Positions 58,534 through 64,000 of a stretch of DNA of 64,000 nt are shown here, in pieces. Origin of the DNA: Candidatus Dojkabacteria bacterium (GTDB lineage: Bacteria > Patescibacteriota > Dojkabacteria > JAHIVN01). The stretch lies in assembly GCA_016932045.1 (NCBI GenBank), contig JAFGDO010000002.1, positions 66,553 through 130,552 of the forward strand, given 5' to 3'. A program made the translations under genes and the position numbers. Position 1 is the stretch's first letter; each line of letters starts with the position of its first letter. Below the pieces are notes generated by a model that was not told where the DNA came from, searched no databases, and saw nothing but the letters and a program-made list of their open reading frames with translations.

Positions 58534-59172
58534 TTGCATTTTATTTCGAAAATAATTATTATGAGCAGGCAGAGAATCTCCAGATTAATTATCAGTAATA
58601 AATGGGAAATGAGTCCAAAGGACCGCCTAAACGGCAAATATATTGACACAACTGAACTAATGGATCTTCATAAAAAGCTAAAAAGGAAGAAGTTAAAGGT
58701 GGTCTTTACTGCCGGCAGCTGGGACCTGCTTCATGTCGGGCAGATGAGGTACTTAGAAAAATCAAAGTCTCAGGGGGACGTATTGGTTGTAGGTGTTAAC
58801 AGTAACGAAGCTATTCGTAAAGTGAAGGGACCGAATAAGCCGATACTTGATGAAATAGTAAGAGCAGAAGCTTTAACGTATTTACGGGCTGTTGACTATG
58901 TGACTATTATACCAACTCCAAGCTGTCAGCCTATACTCGGTCTTTTGAAGCCGGATGTATACGTCACAGTAGGCGAAGATTGGAACAAGGATTATCAAAA
59001 ATCTAAGGAATATAAAACAGTTACTGATTATGGTGGTGAGGTAAAGTTAGTAGACAGACAATCCCCCTATATATCTACTACAAAGATTGTTGAGAGAGTT
59101 GTTGGAGCCCAAATGGGAGATATGTTTAAGAAATTCATGAAGGTTAGAAAAAGGCCGTTAAAGGAGAATTAG
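58534..59172 (+). CDS. Cytidylyltransferase-fold nucleotidyltransferase (HldE/RfaE domain II-like)
   Basis: VVFTAGSWDLLHVGQMRYL...VLVVGVNSNEAIRKVKGPNKP aligns to VVFTNGCFDILHAGH...LIVGVNSD...KGPGRP of ADP-heptose synthase domain II. Confidence 0.55.
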   Translation: MHFISKIIIMSRQRISRLIISNKWEMSPKDRLNGKYIDTTELMDLHKKLKRKKLKVVFTAGSWDLLHVGQMRYLEKSKSQGDVLVVGVNSNEAIRKVKGPNKPILDEIVRAEALTYLRAVDYVTIIPTPSCQPILGLLKPDVYVTVGEDWNKDYQKSKEYKTVTDYGGEVKLVDRQSPYISTTKIVERVVGAQMGDMFKKFMKVRKRPLKEN

Positions 59173-59308
59173 TTGGATAGTAAAATTGAAATTTCAGACT
59201 GTTAAATTCGGGTTAAAGGAATATATAGCAAATAGCAATATACGTTCTTCACAAGCTCTCTCTCTCTGATGTAAAATACTGCCAAGGAATAGATTAGCTC
59301 ATCTGTAG

Positions 59309-60268
59309 TTGGGAAAGAAAAAATTCTACAATCCTCAAACAAATATTTTCGACTTTAGAAAAAAGCAAGCACGAAGCTGGGATTGGTATGATAAGATTTG
59401 GAAAACAGTTAATAAATGCGCATTCTGCGATCTTAACGAACGATACGTGATATTTGAAAAAAACGGAATTGTCCTTACCGCAAACCTTTATCCATACATT
59501 GATGCACATCTTCTGATAATACCAAGAAGACATGTAGAGTATGTGAAAGAATTAACAAAGGAGGAGTGGGACGCCCTAAGAGGCATAATGTATGTTGCAA
59601 AGAAAGTATTAAGAAGAGTTTTTAAAAAGAAAAGTTTATGGTTTTTATATAGGGAAGGAGCTTTAGGTGAGGGGCAAAAGACTGTCGGTCATTTACATGT
59701 TCAGGTTATCCCTTATAAAGAAGGTTTAGTTAAGTGGGACTATCAGCCGATAAACTGGGCTCCGGGGGAAGTCGGAGACAGGTTAAAAGAGGAGAAGAAT
59801 TTTATGGAAGGAAAGTATGAGAAGTATATTTTGAAATATGGAGCTTATGCGCAGACTGAGCGGCGAATCGTTGTAAACTGTTTAATCAGGAATTCTAAAG
59901 GAGAAGTATTACTTGTGAAGAAAAAAATATCATTAAAGAACCAATGGGAAACGCCTGCAGGAAGTGTGGAGGGAGATGAGAGTTTAATTCAGGCACTACA
60001 ACGAGAGATGAAAGAGGAGGTAAATTTGAGTATTAAAAATGTTAAATTCATAGGAATAGAAGAGGACAGGCAGAGAGTGTTTTTTGAAGGAGGCTTTGAA
60101 AAGGATTGGAATTTAATTTTTTTAAACTACACTGCGGAGGTAAAATCGGGTAGACTGAAGGCAGGGGATGATACTAAAGAGGCTAAATGGGTGGATATAA
60201 ATAAGTTACAAAGATATAAACTTTCAAATATAACAAAAAGGATTATAAAGAAGTTATTTACTTTTTAA
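59309..60268 (+). CDS. HIT-superfamily (GalT/Ap4A-phosphorylase branch) domain fused to a Nudix hydrolase
   Basis: N-terminal CAFCD...HLLIIPRRHV...GHLHVQVIP carries an HxHxQ motif. The C-terminal Nudix box is GSVEGDESLIQALQREMKEEVNL. Confidence 0.6.
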   Translation: MGKKKFYNPQTNIFDFRKKQARSWDWYDKIWKTVNKCAFCDLNERYVIFEKNGIVLTANLYPYIDAHLLIIPRRHVEYVKELTKEEWDALRGIMYVAKKVLRRVFKKKSLWFLYREGALGEGQKTVGHLHVQVIPYKEGLVKWDYQPINWAPGEVGDRLKEEKNFMEGKYEKYILKYGAYAQTERRIVVNCLIRNSKGEVLLVKKKISLKNQWETPAGSVEGDESLIQALQREMKEEVNLSIKNVKFIGIEEDRQRVFFEGGFEKDWNLIFLNYTAEVKSGRLKAGDDTKEAKWVDINKLQRYKLSNITKRIIKKLFTF

Positions 60269-60298
60269 ATAATTATTAAGTACTTTTTGTTCTTTAAT

Positions 60299-61036
60299 TT
60301 AATCGATTTGTTGATAAACAAATAATAACAAACCGTTTAGAACATTAAAAACTGATATTTGTAATTCTTTTACAGTTTGAAGAGTAGGTGGATTTTTAAG
60401 CCAATTTTTGATATCGGTGCACTTCTCTATTGAATCAATCAATAGTTTTAAAAACAGTACAATTGATTTTGTGGCTCGGATTGATTCTATTAAATGTCTT
60501 GATTCTATAATCATAAAAGCTGCAATGGATGTTTCAATTTCTAATTTAGAAGGTAAATCTTGAGTTGGATCAGGATTAAACTTACCTTGGACTTTTAAAT
60601 GATTTAACTGAAAAAGGATTCTTGCATATAATCTTCCGTCTATAAGAGCAACTTTAGGTAGAAAGTGATTGTAAAAAATATTAAATGGTTCTCTACTGTG
60701 TTCCAAAGTTAAAGTTCTGGTTGCTATTAATGATTCAATTTTATCCTTGAAACGACTAAGTTCATCTTCGAAAACTTGAAAATCAACTTCTTTTGTCTCT
60801 GTCTGAAATTCAACAACAATAGTTTCAATAATTCTTATATTATGTCTGCACCAATATTCAGCAATAGCAAGATTAAAATTATCTATAGAATTTTGAATTA
60901 TTTCTCTTAAACCACCTGAAATATTTTCTTGTTCTGCAAAATCAGCAAAAGCAACAGCAACTTGTTGTGAATCTTCGTATGGAAATCCTATTTCAATACA
61001 CTCCAACGCATCTTGATTTGTAATATCATGCTCCAT
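60299..61036 (-). CDS. Hypothetical protein
   Basis: ORF only. Acidic N-terminus. Confidence 0.25.
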   Translation of the reverse strand: MEHDITNQDALECIEIGFPYEDSQQVAVAFADFAEQENISGGLREIIQNSIDNFNLAIAEYWCRHNIRIIETIVVEFQTETKEVDFQVFEDELSRFKDKIESLIATRTLTLEHSREPFNIFYNHFLPKVALIDGRLYARILFQLNHLKVQGKFNPDPTQDLPSKLEIETSIAAFMIIESRHLIESIRATKSIVLFLKLLIDSIEKCTDIKNWLKNPPTLQTVKELQISVFNVLNGLLLFVYQQID

Positions 61037-61106
61037 AAAGCGGTATTAAGTTCTGAATAATTTAAATGTATAATAGATAAACTTAAATGTAACCTTTAGT
61101 ATTACA

Positions 61107-62060
61107 ATGTCATCAATCGACTGGAACAATATTTCACAGAAGAAAAAAGACATATATAAAAAGTATACAAACGGTGTCTTTGTAGCTGGCTCTATGTTCA
61201 CGACAAACAAAAAAGTACAAGAAATCCTGTTTGAGAATATAAAGTCAAGAATATTATTCGGCTGTTTAAAAGATAAAGAAATCCCAGGACTTGAAGGATC
61301 TCCGCAGTTTTCACCGATGAAGAAAGATGTTTTGAAGAAATTCTTGAAGAATAATAGAAATGTTCAAATATTGAAACACTTTCATAAGGATACAAAAAAC
61401 ATTATTAAAGAATTTAAACCCCATAAAGTTGTATTTATTAACGGCAGCTGGCAAGGTCCTATTCACTATAGAAGCGAATACTGGAAAGCTATTGAAGTAG
61501 GTGCAAAGATCGAACTTATTTCACCATTTGCAAGTGAGAGGGAGGCAAAAAACTATGAAAAGAGAATTGCTGACAGCCAACAGCTAACAGCTGACAGCTT
61601 ATATAAAAAAAGGGGAAAGTACTCTGATAAGGAATTAATGAAGCTGGCCTCTGAAGTGAGTAAGTTCAGCTGGGATTGGATTGGACAAACCGGAGCTGTG
61701 TTAGCTAAAAAAGGAAAAGTACTCGCTGTTGCTTGGAATAGAGTTGTTCCTTATGAGGCTTATCAGATGTTTGAAGGTTCCCCTCGCGAGGAGAACCAAA
61801 TTCCTTCTCAAGAGATGTTAGAAACACAACTTACAAATCACGCTGAGTGTGAGATTTTGGAAATTGCGAGAAGAGAGAAAATAAATTTAAAGGGTACCTC
61901 TCTTTATATAAACCTTTTCCCTTGTCCAATATGTGCGAAGATGCTTTCTAGAAGTGAAATCGGAAAAATCGTATACTCGCAGGATCACAATCTAGGAAAT
62001 GACATTGGATACAGGATACTTGAAATGAGTAGTAAAAATATAAGGAGAGTAATAATTTGA
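61107..62060 (+). CDS. Two-domain protein: an N-terminal Rossmann-like domain (possibly nucleoside 2-deoxyribosyltransferase-like) and a C-terminal CMP/dCMP deaminase zinc-binding domain
   Basis: The C-terminal HAECEIL...LFPCPICA is the HAE...PCxxC deaminase signature. N-terminal VFVAGSMF...KVVFINGSW. Confidence 0.5.
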   Translation: MSSIDWNNISQKKKDIYKKYTNGVFVAGSMFTTNKKVQEILFENIKSRILFGCLKDKEIPGLEGSPQFSPMKKDVLKKFLKNNRNVQILKHFHKDTKNIIKEFKPHKVVFINGSWQGPIHYRSEYWKAIEVGAKIELISPFASEREAKNYEKRIADSQQLTADSLYKKRGKYSDKELMKLASEVSKFSWDWIGQTGAVLAKKGKVLAVAWNRVVPYEAYQMFEGSPREENQIPSQEMLETQLTNHAECEILEIARREKINLKGTSLYINLFPCPICAKMLSRSEIGKIVYSQDHNLGNDIGYRILEMSSKNIRRVII

Positions 62061-62092
62061 TAAGTTGATTATCTTGAATAACTATTTCTATT

Positions 62093-62812
62093 GTGAACAT
62101 AAAAAAGATCCGCGTTAATGATCTGGAAATTGAATATATCATTAAGGGAGAAGGGAAAGCAATGCTTTTCCTTCATGGAGGTAGTGTAAGTTTTAGAAGT
62201 AGTAAGGTGTTTTTAGATGAAGTTAGTAAATACTTTAAAGTCTATGCTATATCACTACCTGGTGCTGGAAAATCATCTAAGATCCCAAAGAAGTGGAAAT
62301 ATGAAGACTTTATTAATTTAATAAAGTCTTATTCTGACAAGTTTAATCTTCAAAATGGTATTATTTGTGGTCATTCATTAGGGGGAGCTTTTGCAACTTG
62401 TGTTTGTGCAAGTTATCCTGATTACTTCAAAAAAGCAATATTACTTGCTCCGGTTGGAGCAAAGCAAGAACATTCAGCGAAATCAATATATACTGTTGTC
62501 AAAAATCATATTAGATCCTTATTCAAAGATAGCACTTTAAGAGACGATATTTTGATTAACCTACGATATCATTTTAGTGACATGTCTAAATTAGCAAAAA
62601 TTTTTAGTGTTTTAGATTTAGTTGATACAATGAAGAGACTTCAAAATGAAGTTATACTTATGTGGGGAAAGCAAGATGAAGTTATAAGTTTTGATGATAG
62701 TAAAATATTTCAGAAAAATATTAAAAAATGCAGGTTGTATACATTTAATGGTACTCATGGATTTTTAAATGAATATCCGCGTAAAGTTGTTGATATTATT
62801 AAAATGAGTTAA
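62093..62812 (+). CDS. Alpha/beta hydrolase
   Basis: GHSLGG nucleophile elbow and LFLHGG. Confidence 0.6.
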   Translation: MNIKKIRVNDLEIEYIIKGEGKAMLFLHGGSVSFRSSKVFLDEVSKYFKVYAISLPGAGKSSKIPKKWKYEDFINLIKSYSDKFNLQNGIICGHSLGGAFATCVCASYPDYFKKAILLAPVGAKQEHSAKSIYTVVKNHIRSLFKDSTLRDDILINLRYHFSDMSKLAKIFSVLDLVDTMKRLQNEVILMWGKQDEVISFDDSKIFQKNIKKCRLYTFNGTHGFLNEYPRKVVDIIKMS

Positions 62813-62821
62813 AAATAGATT

Positions 62822-63835
62822 GTGTTAACTTTTTTGAAAAAAGGTTTAGTTTGTCTTGCACCAATTGATGGTTATACCGATTGCGCTTTCAGAGAAATCG
62901 TAAAAAGGTATGGTAATCCGGATTTACTTTTTACAGAATTCGTGAATTGCCAAGGACTTATCCGTGCAACCGACAAATTGATAGACATTTTAAGGTACAC
63001 AGAGTTCCAACGACCAATAATTGCCCAGCTTTTCGGTAAAGAACCTGAATACTTCTATAAAGCGAGTTTACTTTTGTGTCACTTGGGATTTGATGGAATT
63101 GATATCAACATGGGGTGTCCTGCAAAGAATATATCTTCAAAAGGAGGTGGAGCTGCGTTGATTAAGGAGCCGGAGTTGGCACAAGAGATTATCTTTTCGG
63201 TTAAGAAAGCAGTGAAAGAATATAAAAGTGGTAAATCTTCAATCTACAATCTACAATTTGTTAAAACTATGATTGAAAATTGGGGACTGAAGATTGAAGA
63301 TTCTAGAAAAATTTCAGTTTCCGTTAAAACTCGAACTGGATATGACGAAGATAATACCGAGGAATGGATAAAAGCTATTTCTGAAGCGAAACCGGATTTT
63401 ATCTCACTTCATGCCAGAACTTTTAAACAACGGTTTACAGGCGTTGCGGATTGGGGAGCTGTCAAACGAGCAGTTAAAGCTACAGATATACCAATAATCG
63501 GAAATGGTGATGTTCAAGGTGCCGAGGATGCTCAAATAAAAGTCAAACAATCGGGTTGTTTTGGTGTTATGATCGGAAGATGTGCCTTGGGCAGACCATG
63601 GGTATTTCAAAGGGGAATGGTGAGAGGGAAAAGGGAAAAGGTAGAATTAATTAGGAAAATAGCGCTGGAACATGCCGAGCTCTATGCCAAATATAAAGGG
63701 GAAGAAAAATTCTATGAGATGAGGAAACATCTCATGTCTTATTTCAGAGGGTTTAGGGGAGCAAAGAAGTTGCGTGAAAAGGTTTGTACTGTTAGTAGTC
63801 TCAAAGAGCTTAGAAGTATTATCGACACCTTATAA
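62822..63835 (+). CDS. dus: tRNA-dihydrouridine synthase
   Basis: LAPIDGYTD, IAQLFG and GFDGIDINMGCPA. Confidence 0.8.
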   Translation: MLTFLKKGLVCLAPIDGYTDCAFREIVKRYGNPDLLFTEFVNCQGLIRATDKLIDILRYTEFQRPIIAQLFGKEPEYFYKASLLLCHLGFDGIDINMGCPAKNISSKGGGAALIKEPELAQEIIFSVKKAVKEYKSGKSSIYNLQFVKTMIENWGLKIEDSRKISVSVKTRTGYDEDNTEEWIKAISEAKPDFISLHARTFKQRFTGVADWGAVKRAVKATDIPIIGNGDVQGAEDAQIKVKQSGCFGVMIGRCALGRPWVFQRGMVRGKREKVELIRKIALEHAELYAKYKGEEKFYEMRKHLMSYFRGFRGAKKLREKVCTVSSLKELRSIIDTL

Positions 63836-64000
63836 CAATAAAACTTTGTAATTTTCTAGCTATCTACATATGAAACAATGGCCCTTATACTACAAAGATT
63901 TCCTGACAGTATCAAATCCTAAGTGCAATGTAGGAGTATGTACCCTTTGGACGCCGAAAGACAAGTTAACAAACCAATTAGACAAAAAGAGCTTCTCTTT

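Noticed and set aside
1-64000. CRISPR arrays, rRNA genes, integrases or transposases, prophage structural genes
   Set aside because: No spaced direct repeats of 25-40 nt. No rRNA-like conserved blocks. No tyrosine or serine recombinase or DDE transposase motifs in any frame.

Overview
This is a low-GC (about 33-36%) bacterial fragment carrying about 68 coding genes and 2 tRNAs. The gene content fits a Candidate Phyla Radiation (Patescibacteria)-like organism: small proteins, a large type IV pilus locus, bacterial type IV pilin leaders, an ECF sigma factor, TTG/GTG start codons and several translationally coupled overlaps. Genes in order:
- a GT-C/GT2/GT-C cell-envelope glycosylation trio
- gpmI
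- an ECF sigma factor, a DUF5667-like anti-sigma and an ABC exporter operon
- three radical-SAM genes, one of them frameshifted and HemW-like
- a CDP-alcohol phosphatidyltransferase
- a tRNA-Leu(GAG)/tRNA-Asp(GUC) transcription unit with unusual flanking repeats
- two class III adenylate cyclases, one CHASE2-fused, and a 3-TM cNMP-binding protein co-transcribed with the CHASE2 cyclase
- a roughly 10-kb type IV pilus cluster with PilB, PilC, three pseudopilins, a PilX-like protein, a PilM-PilN fusion, a PilO-like protein and two tandem pilins
- sppA, recX, rplS, rnhB, yraN
- an [FeFe]-hydrogenase H-domain-only homologue and an RRM protein
- tandem DJ-1/PfpI paralogues
- a divergent module of an ATPase-winged-helix regulator and a P-loop protein, flanked by two paralogous zinc-ribbon mini-proteins
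- a nucleotide-processing cluster: an HldE-domain-II-like nucleotidyltransferase, a HIT(GalT-branch)-Nudix fusion and a dCMP-deaminase fusion
- dus
I found no rRNA, no CRISPR array, and no integrase or transposase. All functional calls come from motif-level reading of the translated ORFs. No database search was run.
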